Shown here piece after piece: positions 1 to 14,437 of a DNA stretch of 64,000 bases. Source of the stretch: Octopus vulgaris (lineage: Eukaryota); the NCBI GenBank assembly GCA_951406725.2, contig OX597831.1, positions 73,036,001 to 73,100,000 of the forward strand, read 5' to 3'. Within the stretch, counting starts at the first letter, position 1, and each line of letters begins with the position of its first letter. Both the position numbers and the translations under genes were made by a program. The notes under the pieces were generated by a model. That model did no database searches and was not told where the DNA came from. It saw only the letters and a program-made list of their open reading frames with translations.

Positions 1-352
1 ATATATATACATACATACATATATATATATACATACATACATACATATACATACATACATATATATACATACACATACATACATACATACATATATATAT
101 ACATACATACATATATATATACATACATACATATATATATACATACATATATATATATACATACATACATATATATATACATACATACATATATATATAC
201 ATACATACATACATATATATATACATACATACATACATATACATACATACATACATATACATACATACATACATATACATACATACATACATATATATAC
301 ATACATACATACATACATATATATATACATACATACATACATACATATATAC

Positions 353-399
<47 letters not shown>

Positions 400-515
400 C
401 ATACATATATATATATACATACATATATATATATACATACATATATATATACATACATATATATATATACATACATATATATATATACATACATATATAT
501 ATACATACATACATA

Positions 516-556
<41 letters not shown>

Positions 557-762
557 ATACATACATATATATATATATACATACATATATATATATATAC
601 ATACATATATATATATATACATACATATATATATATATACATACATATATATATATATACATACATATATATATACATACATACATATATATATACACAT
701 ACATATATATATACACATACATATATATATACACATACATACATACATACACATACATACAT

Positions 763-795
<33 letters not shown>

Positions 796-882
796 TACAT
801 ACACACACATACATACATACATACATACATATATACATGCATACATATATATACATACATACATATATACATACATACATAT

Positions 883-922
<40 letters not shown>

Positions 923-1050
923 ATATATACATACATACATACACACATACATATATATACATACACACATACATATATATACATACACACATACATATAT
1001 ATACATACATACATACATACATATATATACATACATACATACATATATAT

Positions 1051-1108
<58 letters not shown>
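1..1108. repeat. (TA)n/(TACA)n/(CA)n compound microsatellite
   Basis: Continuous AT/ACAT/AC repeats. Confidence 0.98.
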
Positions 1109-1111
<3 letters not shown>

Positions 1112-1584
1112 CTGGCTTGTACAATCAGGATAAATAGAACTCATAACATGAGTGTATATGTTTTTTTTTATATCTTTAATTAGCAAAAGTTACAAAGTGA
1201 TGCAAGAGTTGAGATTTTTCTACACAATGTCAGAAAACCTCAGCTCTCGAGTGCCTCTGTAACTGATGCCACTTCAAAATGAAAATAAAAAATCATATAC
1301 ATGGATGCAGATTGTGTGTGTGTGTGTGTGTGTGCGTGTGCTACAAATACATTTTGTAATATGCAATAAATACACACAAATATGTATGCATACATGTATG
1401 TGTACATACATGAGATGTATTTATACATACATGTATGTATACATCTGTATTAGAGAGAAATAGATGACAGAGGTCACGTGGTGAAGCTAAAACCAAATTG
1501 AAATACAAAATAAATTAAAAATGTCGAAAATGTTATCAAGAGGAAGAAAGGGAGGAGGAAGAGGAAGAGGGCTGGTGGCTCACA

Positions 1585-1610
1585 TTTATTATTTATATAG
1601 CTGTTTTATT
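1585..1610 (-). promoter_or_regulatory. Candidate polyadenylation signals of SLC25A42
   Basis: TTTATT on + at 1585-1590 and 1605-1610 (AATAAA on minus), ~340-370 nt downstream of the stop codon; usage unverified. Confidence 0.35.
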
Positions 1611-1950
1611 CAATACCTGTTCTGAGAAGAGAGGGTGTAGGTTTGTATGATATCAAATCCAAAATACATCAACCACCAAATTAGGAGATAGCTTCTTTGA
1701 GTTTACTCCATGTTACATCCCATCCATATTTTCACACTGTGATTACATGGAAAATGTTGTTGTTGTTGTTGTAGTTGTTATTGTTATTATTATTGTTGTT
1801 TTTCACAGGTAATACAAATAGATTTACAAAAAAAAAATTAAAATTAAAATTAAAATAAAATAAAATAAAATAACCCAATTTAATCTGCTGTTAGGAGACT
1901 CTACCGATTTTAGCGGTCAAGCAGTTTTGAAGTTTTAGAAATGTTAAAAA

Positions 1951-2153
1951 TCATCCATCATGGAACATTGCCTTTCTCCGTAACCAATTCTGACAAATGT
2001 CAAACGTAGTAAAACTAATCCCAACAGCAATCGGACCTTTGATCCAGTTCATACTAAGTCCCTTAAACATCCCTCGTCGGAAACCTTCTTCTTTTATCAC
2101 AGTGCGTGCAGTATTTAAGATAGTAGTATATTCCTGACTACGACCAGTTACAC
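1951..2153 (-). CDS. SLC25A42: SLC25A42 mitochondrial CoA carrier, last coding exon
   Basis: Acceptor ttgcag| before 2153; (G)[51 protein letters not shown]...; TGA at 1953-1951. [22 protein letters not shown] is characteristic of SLC25A42. Confidence 0.96.
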
Positions 2154-2481
2154 CTGCAATAAACAAACAAAAAAAAAAAAGAATATATATATATATATTG
2201 CTTACATCATAAAAATTTAGAAACTACAAGAGAACGTGAAATAATTTGTTTTTAAGCAGATCAAGGTAAAATTATAAACAAGTATATATCAGGTTAAAAA
2301 GACCCTTAGGATAGAAAAAGTCGAAAGCTGTGAATGGGACTTGAACCTACATCTCCTGTAAACATGATAAATGCTCCACCATTAGACCACAGGTAACCTT
2401 CAACAATATTTTATCCAAATATTTACACGCTATAGCTTTACCTACTTAGTGTTCAACTGTAAAAATGAAAATTAAATAAAA

Positions 2482-2513
<32 letters not shown>

Positions 2514-2521
2514 GTGTGTGT

Positions 2522-2825
2522 GGAGAGGCGCAATGGCCCAGTGGTTAGGCCAGCGGACTCACAGTTGTAGGATCGCGGTTTCGATTCCCAGACCAGGTGC
2601 TGTGAGTGTTTATTAAGCGAAAACACCTAAAGCTCCACGAGGCTCTGGCAGGGGGTGGTGGCGATCCCTGCTGTACTCTTTCGCCACAACTTTCTCTCTT
2701 TCTTCTGTTGGCCTGCTCGCTTAGCCAACGGGGTGGCGTCATTCGAAGGCTAAAACAATGCGAAGCGCATCATGACCAGCGATGTGTAACAACATCTGAT
2801 AGCCTGGTCAGTCACAGTGATTACG
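2522..2825 (+). mobile_element. tRNA-derived SINE (family C)
   Basis: tRNA-like head TGGCCCAGTGGTTAG...GGTTTCGATTCCC; the same head occurs inverted at ~31250-31397. Confidence 0.75.
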
Positions 2826-3667
2826 GTGAAATATATATATATATATATATTATATACAGAGAGAGAGAGAGTTAATGCAAAAATATATAAAATTCATAAA
2901 TTACATTTTCCAGATCATCATCATCATTGTTCGACCGTGGTCGAGACTTTCATAGTCTTTTCAAATGGCTAATAATGTGTGCGCGCGTCACTACTACACA
3001 CATTGGAAAGCATTGTACAACCAAGTACTAAAGAAGATCTTTCCTCCTCCATGAAACAAAGCTGTTCCTGCTGGACGTCAACCCAGTATTTCTAAGCTAC
3101 GGACCGAGTGATTTATTGTAAGGTTATCTCCCTAGATAGATTGCCTTCACTACGGCTAAGGAAGATTGTGTGGTGGACCAGGAACGATCCTGTCTGGACG
3201 AGACGAGGTTCGTACCGGATATTCACCATGGTTGACTCTCTAAGCATGAAGCTTTTGAGTTTTAAAAGGGAAATGTGAAGTTGAGACATTAATGCCTTGC
3301 TCAATACTAAGCAAAACAAGGTGAAATGACCGGAAGCAAAAATTTAACGAAAGAAGGGGTCAACAGTTGACTGCTCTTCTGTGTTATCACATGACCATAA
3401 AACAACACAGGAATAACCATCAAAGGAACCTCTATGTGACTGACCTGCTAAAAATAACAGCCAAATCTCCCTGATATTATGGCCTATCACCTTAAAAGGG
3501 AACAAAAATTATATGCCCAACATAAGGTAGACACATTATAATTATAAAGGGTATCATACCATAAATAAAGATTACTTGAAGGTCTTTGATCAATCAGGAT
3601 TGATCAATAAAAGCTTGTTTGGAGCTGAACAACAATAAGATAAACAAAAAGGGAAACTATTGCGTAC

Positions 3668-3790
3668 CTGCAGTTTGCATTCTCCTGCGAATTATATCTA
3701 AAGGATACGATGCAGACTGGGCGATGAGGCCAGCTATTGCCCCAAAACATAATCTTTCAATTGGCTGAGGTTCCACACCAGGTCCATACT
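3668..3790 (-). CDS. SLC25A42: SLC25A42 coding exon 6 (123 nt)
   Basis: cag|AG TAT ... GCA G|gtacg; (E)[40 protein letters not shown] with third carrier motif PLDIIR; phases fit neighbours. Confidence 0.96.
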
Positions 3791-3885
3791 CTGCAATAAA
3801 CAACAGCAAAGGGTATAACATTGTAGCACTATCACACACATGTAACAATAATGCCACTCTGTCTCTCTCTCTCTCTCTCTCTCTA

Positions 3886-3924
<39 letters not shown>

Positions 3925-4052
3925 CTGGCAGAACCATTAGCACATCCGGCAAAATGTTTAACAGCATTTTGTCCATCTTTATGTTCTGAGTTCAAATTCC
4001 ACCATGGTTGATTCTGCCTTTCATCCTTTCGGAGTCAATAATAATAGGTACC

Positions 4053-4286
4053 TATTTCTTTACTACCCACAAGGGGCTAAACACAGAAGGGACAAACAAG
4101 GACAGACAAACGGATTAAGTCGATTATATCGACCCCGGTGCGTAACTGGTACTTATTTAATCGACCGCGAAAGGATGAAAGGCAAAGTCGACCTCGGCGG
4201 AATTTGAACTCAGAACGTAGCGACAGACGAATTACTGCTGAGCATTTTGTCCCGCGTGCTAACGATTCTGCCAGCTTGCCGCCTTT
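4053..4286 (-). mobile_element. SINE family B (Meta/MESC-like central domain), young copy with 15-bp TSD
   Basis: Contains GCCTTTCATCCTTTCGCGGTCGATTAAATAAGTACCAG on minus; TSD ATAATAATAGGTACC at 4038-4052 and 4287-4301; related copies at ~9266, 9875, 57930, 58140, 62618. Domain name is from memory. Confidence 0.8.
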
Positions 4287-7198
4287 ATAATAATAGGTAC
4301 CAGTTGTGTATTGGAGTCGGTGTGATCAATTGGCCCCCTACCCCTGAAACTGTGGGCCTTGTGCCAATATTTGAAACCATTATTACACACATAGGCATAA
4401 CATGTTAATATCACGCACACACACTCAGACATAACATCCGTTGTCTGTGCTGGCAAGGGTTGGATGGTCTGACCAGCACTGGTAAGCTGAGGGGCTGCAC
4501 TAGACTCTAGTCTGATTTGGCATGATTTCTACAGCTGGATGCCCTTCCTAATGCCAACACTCCGAGAGTGTAATAGGTGCTTTTATGTGCCACCAGCACA
4601 GGTGCCAGTTGTGTGACACCATTATCTGCCACAACTACGATTACACTCGGCTTGATGGGTCTCCTGTTCAAGCATGGTATATTGTCAAAGGTCTCAGTCA
4701 TTTGTCATTACCTCTGTGAGGCCCAACGCTTGAAAGAGGTCTCTTATGTGCCAGTTACGTGACACCAGCATCGACCACAACTACGACTTCACTTGGCTTC
4801 ACAGGTCTGGAATCACAATTTCCTACACTCAATGGCACCAAGGGCACACAGCCATAGACATTACGGCATCAACGTGACACAGGCACAGAAATAATATTCT
4901 ATCAAATGACACACACAATATTGATACACTGCATAAATATATGAAAACACAATGTTACCAATGTCTCTCTCACACACACACCACTGCATCAATCTTAAAC
5001 ACTCATTGTGGCTCTTCTACTATAGCGTCGGGCCAACCAAAGCCTTGTGAGTGGAGTTGGTAGATGGAAACTGAAAAGAAGCCCATTGTGTATATGTGTG
5101 TGTGTGTGTCCCCATTATTTCTTGACAACCGATGTTGGTGTGTTTATGTCCCCCATAACTTAGCGGTTCGGCAAAAGAGACTGATAAAATAAGTAAGTAC
5201 TAGGCTTACAAAGAATAAGTCCTGGGGTCGATTTGTTCGACTAAAGGCAGTGCTCCAGCATGGCCACAGTCAAATGACTGAAACAGGTAAAAGAACAAAA
5301 GAATATAACAACAAAGCGGCACCATTTCCATTGACCGAATTTCCAACACAATGCATTGGTCAACCCAAGGCAAGAGCAGAGGACAACTTGCTCAAGGTCG
5401 CAAGGAGCGGTATCAAACCCAGAACCACATGATTGCCAAAACAAACCTCCTAACCACAATTAAAGCCATAGATCTGACTCAAAGTTGCATTCTAGGTGTG
5501 GCACAGGTATAAAAAGAAACTTTAAACTTCATTTGTGTGTGCATATATGTATGCATACACACACATGTGCACACACACACACACACACACGACCCAATCC
5601 ATTAAAACTCACCAGTCCTCTCTTCATTTACACAGATTCTCTCAGATAGATTCGGAGTGGTTTGTTCTACTGGACCCAGTCATAACATTCTGATAAAGTG
5701 CATCACTTTTAAGTATCACACGAAATATATATATATATATATATATATATAGTGTTTGTGTATTTATGTTATAAAAGTGTGTGAGTGTACACATTGACAC
5801 ATCTACATGTGTATCAACAACCCATTTTAAATGAAACAATTGAGTCTAAGTTAACAAACAAATTTCTAAGTGGTGTACTTGACTTGCTATAAATAGCAGG
5901 AAAATCTTCAAAGCATCACATCTTATCTTAAAAAAACGAAAAAAGTACTTGCATAAGTACAAAAAAAAATAATAAGTGAAAGGATGGGATTGTCACAGCT
6001 CAAATGTCATTGATTTGCTCCATCAAGGCACACCTAGAGCTAAAGAACAACTAAATATCACTTAAAACTTGAATTTGTATTTGAATCCTACATTTCTCAG
6101 ATATGATGGAATTGATAGGTTTCTCAATATTCTTAGTCATTTTAAAGTCTGGTATATATAGGTATGCTCCGTTTGGGTAATGAGATCTGATAATGCAGAA
6201 ACATGTCCAAGGTTATCTGTACTTACCAAAGATCAGGCTCCCTCCATTCATAGTGAACAATCTCCACTACCAGCCAATTTTTAACCAATTTAGATCATGG
6301 AGTTATCTCCCTTGCGTTTCTTGCCTTGAGTTTTTAAGGCTGGTCATTTTTCTCCTTGCTGCAGGTGAAATTTTAATTAAACCCGTTTTAGGGCTCACCA
6401 CAATAAATATGTCGGTCTCTATACAAAATACCCGTTTTTTTTTTTCTTTTTCTTTCTCACTCTCTTGATCCCACAACTATTTCGTGGAATTGTAATAAAG
6501 ACATTGTTAACACGGTCACAATTTCAAACCTTGAACCAAAACTGAATTATTTAACACCATACCAACCCCGATGTATCAGACCTATGATCAAAGACATTCC
6601 AGTGACCATCCCTACTGACTATGAGATGGTAGTAGTCACTAAAAATGAGAATTTTATGGGATTAATGGAAGAAAAGAGTCATCGTCATTATTGCATGGGT
6701 CAGAGAGTATTTGCTGAGATTTTCTATGGCTGGATGCCCTTCCTGCCACTAACCCTCACCTATTTCTAAGTAAGGTAATATTTCCCCCCCTGCTGGCCAG
6801 ACATGTTTTCATGGAAGACTGGAAACAAAGAACACTGCTGTATGACACTGACACTCATTTGAAGCTATCACACAATGCTGCCAAGACAAGGAAACGCCAA
6901 CTCACACACACACACACAGGGCTTCTTTCAGTCTCTATCTACCAAATCCATTCACAAAGCTTTGGTCGGCCCAGGGCTATAATAAAAGACAATCAACAAT
7001 AAATACACAGGCTTCACAAATAAGTCATGCCTCCGTTATCTAAGCCCCCCCCCCAGCGCCAACAACAAGCCTCCAACCCTAAAACAATCCATGCAAACAA
7101 CACAAGACTCCTTGTTTCAATCCATCAACTGTGTCCAGAAATATTGCAATCAAAGAATTTGTCAGTCATTTCTCCAGAGAAATGGTTGAAGAACTTAC

Positions 7199-7350
7199 CA
7201 GCATGAAGTTTCTTGAGTGACTCATATGTAAAGAAACCAGTCCCAGAATATGGTATGCTACCCAGCATTGTTGGTGTAAATCCTCGATATAACGTTCGTA
7301 AACCTTCTTCACGGTAAATTTTTACAACCACTTCTGGTAAGTTGTGATAC
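7199..7350 (-). CDS. SLC25A42: SLC25A42 coding exon 5 (152 nt)
   Basis: cag|G TAT CAC ... GCT G|gtaag; [50 protein letters not shown]. Confidence 0.96.
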
Positions 7351-7394
7351 CTGCAGCCATTAAGGATTCAAAATTCATTACATATACATACAGA

Positions 7395-7742
7395 GACAGA
7401 CAGACAGATAGGTAGATGGATGGAGAGATAGAAATAGATAGAGAGAGAGATGGAGAGATAGAAATAGATAGAGAGAGATATACAGAGAAAGAGAGAGAGA
7501 TAGAAATAGATATAGAGAGAGATGGAGAGATAGAAATAGATAGAGAGAGATATACAGAGAAAGAGAGAGAGATAGAAATAGATAGAGATAGATAGACAGA
7601 AACACTGCTGTATGACACTGATAGAAATAGATAGAGATAGACAGAAATAGAGTGAGAGATATAGATAGAGAGATAGAAATAGAGAGATAGATAGAAATAG
7701 ATAGATAGAGAGTTAGATAGAGAGAGAGGAATTAGATATAGA
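7395..7742. repeat. Purine-rich (GA/GATA) compound tandem repeat
   Basis: Repeated GATAGAAATAGATAGAGAGAGA blocks just upstream (minus sense) of exon 5. Confidence 0.9.
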
Positions 7743-9682
7743 TTTCACATAAACATACAAACACACACACATACACACACACACACAAAGTATTAAATGG
7801 TTAAGGTAACAAGTCCAGGGAACAGAAACTATGATGAAGACAATGATGATGATGATGATAATGTACTGTTACTCAAATATATAATATTTGAGTAACAGGT
7901 GGGGGGGAGTTAAAGAGAAGAGTGGGGGAGGGAAAATTTAGAGTGAAAGAGGAGGCGAGAAGAAAGGGGGGAGAGAGGAAAAAGAAAGATAGAGGGGGAA
8001 ATAAGCTGTCAGTGTGTGTGTGTGTGTGTAAAGTTTGATCAGAACTAGAAAGTGCAATACCACTTTAAATGTCCCCTAAAGTCCAATACTTGACTGGGGT
8101 ACCTCTACCTCAGTCTCTAAAGGGAGAATTTAGTGAGTTTTGATCTTGAGACAAAAGACATTGTAATACTGCAAGCGACATGTCTATGGATAGTAGTAGT
8201 AGTAGTAGTAGTAGTAGCAGCAGCAGCAGAGGAAGAAAGCAAGTCAATACTTGGATAATTCTTGTATCAAGACAGCTACAAATACATCTTGAGTCCCTCG
8301 TACTTGAATTTGTTTATTTATTGTGTAAATTAGCCATAATAGAAACAATATCACGCACATGGGATTTTCTTAGGGGATTGGAATCAGAAGGGAAGCAAAG
8401 GAAGAACCTTTGATTTATGAATCATCCCTCAGATCCCTAATCCTTAATGTTTTACAAGAACATGGCCTTCGTTAAGGCACTCAACAGCCAAATTAGCAAC
8501 ATTGACTCTTCAGCAATCAGATTATTCTGTGAAATGTAATCCTTATTCACTCACGTGATTTCTAATTAACTCCATGTTATGTTGTAGCTTTGAGATTTCG
8601 GTGATGTGATTGTTTATTTTTAGAATGACATTGTAGGGTAGGTGTGAGAGGCAAGATCTGGCTGGTTTCAACGCAAAACAGGTAGACTATTTGGGCTGAA
8701 TATGGCCAGTTTAAATGCTAAAGGGTTAAACTGGGCAATGAACTAAGTTCGTGATTCAAGAAAAAGGTCCAGTCTGACTGACGGGGTCCCACTGATCCAG
8801 TTTTATTAACAAGGCTCAGGTCAATCAGAGACTAGGATAGAAGATGCACTTCACTACAGTTTCCTCACAAGGGGACTGCCATCCAAGAATTTGGATCTGG
8901 AGATCTTCATTTCCAGCAACTTCGAGGGCCACCTCCCAGTGGTGTCGGGCGTCAACGAATAGCTATCGACTACAACAAGACGACCAAAGTTTTTTTTTTT
9001 TCCCCAAGGTCTGGGGTCTCCTGCCCCTAAGCCCTAGATCATCACCTAATCACCCTTACTCGTTTTGTTGTGAACCTGGAACTGCATAATTGTGGAACAA
9101 ATTTCTGGGTGCTGAGAAGGCTGTGTGATTAAGAAACTCACTTTGTGATCAAGTAGTTTCTGGTTCAATCCCACTGCGCATTACCTTGGGCAAGTGTCTT
9201 CTACTACAGCTCTAGGTCAATCAATAACTTGTGAGTGGATGTGACAGGCAGAAACTGTATGGAAGCCGAGGTCGACTTTGCCTTTCATCCTTTCGGGGTT
9301 GATAAATTAAGTACCAGTTACGCACTGGGGTCAATGTAATCGACTTAATCCCTTTGTCTGTCCTTGTTTGTCCTCTCTATGTTTAGCCCCTTGTGGGTAA
9401 TAAAGAAATAAGAAAATGTATGGAAGCCTGTCATATGTGTGTGGGTGTGTTTATATCCTGCCACTACTTGACAACTGGTGTTGGTTTGTTTATGTCCTTG
9501 TAACTTAGCAAAAGAGACAAACAGAACAAGTGGCAGCTAAGTACTGGAATCAATCTGTCCAGTAACAAAAAAAACATCCTTCAAGGTGGTGCTCCAGTAT
9601 GGCCGGTCCAATGACTGAAACAAGAAAAAGATATGGCCATGAAACAACAACATGGACAATTTAGAAGAGTATCCGCACTCAC

Positions 9683-9799
9683 CTTTCTCTCGCTGTGACT
9701 GCCATCCGAGCACGGACCATATCTAGGGGATAGGTAAAGGCAACTGCAGTCATCCCAGCAAGAGCTCCAGCTAAAAATCGTTTACCAGGGGTCAGATGT
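9683..9799 (-). CDS. SLC25A42: SLC25A42 coding exon 4 (117 nt; absent from the ORF track)
   Basis: tttcag|A CAT CTG ... GAA AG|gtgag; [38 protein letters not shown] with second motif PLDMVR. Confidence 0.96.
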
Positions 9800-9874
9800 C
9801 TGAAAAATACAATATACAAATTCATTACCACAATCATCATCGTTATTATTATTATCATTATTATTGTTAATACA

Positions 9875-10260
9875 GCAACCTGGCAGAGTCATTAGCATGT
9901 CAGCTGAAATGCTTAGCGGTATTTCGTCTGCCGCTACGTTCTGAGTTCAAATTCCACCAAGGTCGACTTTGCCTTTCATCCTTTCGGGGTCAATTAATTA
10001 AGTACCTATTATGCACTGGGGTCGATGTAATCGACTTAATCCGTTTGCCTGTCTTTGTTTGTCCCCCTCTGTGTTTAGCCCCTTGTGGGTAGTAAAGAAA
10101 TAGGTATTTCGTCTGTCTTCACGTTCTGAGTTCAAATACCACCAGGGTCAACTTTGCCTTCCATCCTTTCTGGGTCAGTAAAGTAAGTACCAGTTGACCA
10201 TTGGGGTCAATGTAATTGACTTCCTCCCCCAGAATTTCAGGTCTGGTACCCAGAGTAGAA
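9875..10260 (+). mobile_element. SINE family B, tandem/nested copies
   Basis: CTGGCAGAGTC...GTTCTGAGTTCAAATTCC...GCCTTTCATCCTTTCGGGGTC...GTAAAGAAATAGGTA followed by a second partial copy. Confidence 0.8.
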
Positions 10261-11829
10261 ACGATTATTATTTTTTTTTTCTGCTGTTATTGCTGTTGGG
10301 GAAATTGGTTTGCTTCCATTCTTCTAGCTCTTTGCCTTTCACCCTTTGTGGGTCAATAACATAAAATACCAGTCACATACTGGGGTTGATGGTATCAACT
10401 AAACCCCACGACTCAAAATTGCAGGCCTTGTGTCTAAATAAGAAACTGTGTGTGCACGCATGTGTGTGTGTGTGTGTGCATGTTTCCTGCCATACCAGAT
10501 TGTTTAGCCAATCTTGGGTGTTGTTAATTGCAATCTCATTTAGTACAGAAGGAGATATTTGTATGGACAGGTTAACGAGGCTGAAAAAATAACAACAAAC
10601 TACCATATCTGAAGGCATAAGAGACACACGGCCATATCAGATGCACTCCAATTTCAACAGAACATAGTCGGGAAAAGCAGTTTTTAGTACATTAAAGTAT
10701 ATAATACTGGTCCAAATTCGCATATGGGATTAGGGGTGATTTCTTTTTGGGGTTTTATTTTGAAAAAAGAAAGGAAAAAAAGAAAAAGTGTTTTATATGT
10801 GATCAAATTCAGTATCATCATCATCATCATCGTTTAGCGTACGCTTTCCATGCACGGTTCAACTGGGGTCTGGGAAGCCAGAAGGCTGCACCAGGCCCAG
10901 TCTGATCTGGCAATGTTTCTACGACTGGATGCCCTTCCTAATGCCAACCACTCCATGAGTGTAGTGGGTGCTTTTTACGTGCCACCGCACAGGTGCCAGA
11001 CGAGTCTGGCAAACGGCCACGATCGGATGGTGCTCTTTATGTGCCACCGGCATGGGGACCAGGCGAGGCTATATATATGGTAATCATCAGATAAATGCAT
11101 GTGAGTTGGTATCTTTCGTCCATCTTATACATTGAACACACCATCACAAACGATGAACTGTTGTTAATAGCTGTGAATAAAAAACTATGCTGTTAGGCAG
11201 GCCCATGTGGAAAGATCAAACAGGATTTTAAACCAACTTCATCAGAATCCTCCAATATGAAGACAGGTAGGGCTGGAAACATAAATATTCATCCAGTCCA
11301 TTCACCAGAGATGTAAATCTGGGTTTATATGAACTGTGAAACACAAAGGACATTAGTGGAGGAGTCATGACTAACTTTGCACTTCAGGACAAGATATGAA
11401 TAGACTAAAAGTGTAAAGAAATAGATTTTATCTCCACAGTCTCCCATTATGAAAGTAGATAAATATAACTTAAGATATTCACCATTATATTAATAAGTTG
11501 GGCAGAGGAACAAAAAGATAACAGCTGTATTTTGTAGCCAAGAAATGGGACACAAACTGCTGACACAATCAGTGATCAATTTGCTTTATTAAGTTTATTT
11601 TCAGTATGTAAACACAACACAATGTGTGTAAATCACTTATCAAACTAGGCTTTTGAAGTTATCACCGAGTGTGTTCAAGGCCCAGCTGGAACTGACAAAG
11701 GATTTATCTTTCTGATTGGTCGATAAAACAGTTATATTTCTAGGTGAATTATTGCACAGATTAACCCTTAATCCTAAACCCACCAAGATGAACACTGTTA
11801 GAACTAATATTTCTATTCTGGCATCCGTA

Positions 11830-12258
11830 CTAGCAGAGCGCTAAGAGCACCATCCGAGCATGATCGTTGCCAGAGCAACAAACTGGCTTCCATGTCGGTG
11901 GCATGTAAAAAGCACCATTCGAGCGTGATCATTATCTCCACCACCTTACTGGCACTTGTGCTGGTGGCATGTGAAAAAACATTCGAATGAGGTCGTTGCT
12001 GGTGCCGCTCGACTGGCTCCTGTGCAGGTGGCACATAAAAAGCACCATTTGAGCGTGGCCATTGCCAGTACTACCCGACTGGCTCTTGTGCCGGTGGCAC
12101 GTAAAAGCACCCACTACACTCTCGGAGTGGTTGGTGTTAGGAATGGCATCCAGCTGTAGAAACTCTGTCAGATCAAGATTGGAGCCTGGTGCAGCCATCT
12201 GGTTCGCCAGACCTCAGTCAAATCGTCCAACCCATGCCAGCATGGAAAGCAGATGATA
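11830..12258 (+). mobile_element. Dispersed retroposon family D ((GAT)n-tailed, internal ~55-bp subrepeats)
   Basis: Repeated GGTGGCACGTAAAAAGCACC motif, then TTAGGAAGGGCATCCAGCTGTAGAAAC and a GAT tail; many other copies (e.g. ~4435-4800, 10815-11068, 32375-32660, 34590-34877, 41548-41840, 48005-48250). Confidence 0.8.
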
Positions 12259-14250
12259 ATGCACCCCAATTTCAGCAGTGCACATTCAGGGAAAAATGGC
12301 TTTTAGGGCATTAAAGCTTATGGGAGGCCCAACCACACAATTAGGTGATTTCTTTGAGAAATTTTCATGGAAAAAAAAAAGTGTCTTTTATGCCATCAAA
12401 TATGGTAAATATATATGATATATTCATATCTTAGATACTCCAACCAGTGCCATCACACAAGCTATTACCATTTTTCTCCACATTGGGCACCATTCTGCCC
12501 CTTACTGGACACAGGCAGTGTGCTCTACAACTCTGTATTTTGGGGTTTAATTACACTGCACTGTACTTTGGGTTTCTTCTTATATAGCCTTGGTTCATCC
12601 AAAGCCTCCTGACATTTGGTTTAAAAACCATAGGAATACTGTGTAGTTCATCATCATCATCATTTAATGTGTCTTCCATGCTGGCATGGGTCGGATGGTT
12701 TGACAGAAGCTGGCAAAGTTAGGAGCTGCACCAGGTTTTTGTTTTGGCATGATTTCTACAGCAGGATGCCAACCATTCTACAGCATGTACTGCATGCTTT
12801 TTATGTGGCGCCATCACCAGTTCTTCACACAACCGTCCTCGTTTGATCATTCAGTTGCTAAAATTGATCATGACAATTAACAACCTATTCAGCAGAGGTG
12901 AAAGATCTAATAAAACCTGTCTATCGTTCCAGATTAAGAGGAGTAAATAAGAGAAACCTCTTTCTAGGAAAGGATGCCAACCTATTCCAGATAACATTCC
13001 CAGAAGAAGATTCAGTTAGCCATTCCTTGTTAGAAGTGATGATGTTCAGAGTAATAAGCCCCCAGCTTTAATAATTGATAATGATGAACCACAACCTGGC
13101 TTAGTGATTCTGAAACATTTTGGTTTCAGAGCTCACTGGGGGTTGAACAAACAAATTACTGACCCACTATGCACGGGGAGGTTCAAAATTACAGGCCTGC
13201 TCTGTTATGGGGGAGTTAAAATTAAACTCAAGTACTTTACATGGTATGTTAAAAGTACACTTCATATCACAGTATCGACCAATCAGATGTTATACACCGC
13301 TGATCACAATGCACTTCCAATTCTGTTTTGACTGCACCACTCTTTTCCATCTGCACAAAAATTGCTTAATTAAATCTTCTTCCCATTTTCATGGAGGCCT
13401 TCCAATGTCTTGGCTACCACTCAGCAACTGCAAGAGTCCACCTGGTGTCTGTGAACCTTGCAACGTGTCCAGCCCGGGAGAACTTCATACAGAATGTTAA
13501 AAACTACTGATGCTCTTCGAAGTTTAAAAAAATGTTTTAAAGTTAAGAATTTGGATGAACAAAGCAAACTATCATTTCTTCTGGTGTATTTTAGGAGGGT
13601 CCATATGCCAGGAATAAGCACACACTGTTTTACTTCTTTTATTATTATCATTAGTCACTTGGTTAACCACTTAGCTAATCAATTGTTTGATTAATCATTT
13701 GGTCAATCAGTCGTGTTTGTCAAACAGCTTCAAGTCTTAAGCTGACCTGGGGTCAAGAGAGAGCATGTCATTGAAGAGGTCAGGAATAGCATCAAAAGGA
13801 CTTTGATAAACCTTGCTAATTGACTGAACAATTAGTTAATTGCTTTAAATAATTAATCAATTGGCTAGTAAATAATAAAGAAGTGAAATAGAACCAGTGT
13901 GTGTGTGTGTCTTTGTTATTGGCACAGTGGCCCTCCCAAGATACAACAAAAACTGTTCCAACAGAAGAGTACACATCAAGAATCTTGCAAAGCAAACACA
14001 AAAATGAAATATTGTTTATTATGCTTTATTAATAATACTTTGTCTAACAAAATTATGAAAATTCAGGTTTCCTAAGACACGGAAGCACTAATATAAGATG
14101 TCTTTTAAAGCCTTAACTTATCCTTCTACAGTTCCACAGTGTAGCTACATATTCACTGCCATGCACTGGTTTTGAACCACTGATCTCATCTATTAAATAG
14201 TAACATTAACACCTTAACCTATCAACTACTTCACCTGAATGATTACTTAC

Positions 14251-14437
14251 CGTTTCCTCTTGTCTCGATTCAGAAGCTGTTTGTACTGTTCATGGGCAGC
14301 ATATTGCATGGAAGCGTAAGGGATGATCCGAGCCATTGTGGCTGTGTTACCACGCCACAAACTCAGGAAACCTTCATGTTTGAAGCAGGAATAGAGGAAA
14401 CGGACAGCTTCTCGAGCAGAGAACCGTATGTTCTTAC
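14251..14437 (-). CDS. SLC25A42: SLC25A42 coding exon 3 (187 nt)
   Basis: caacag|GT AAG AAC ... AAA CG|gtaag; (S)[61 protein letters not shown]. Confidence 0.94.
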
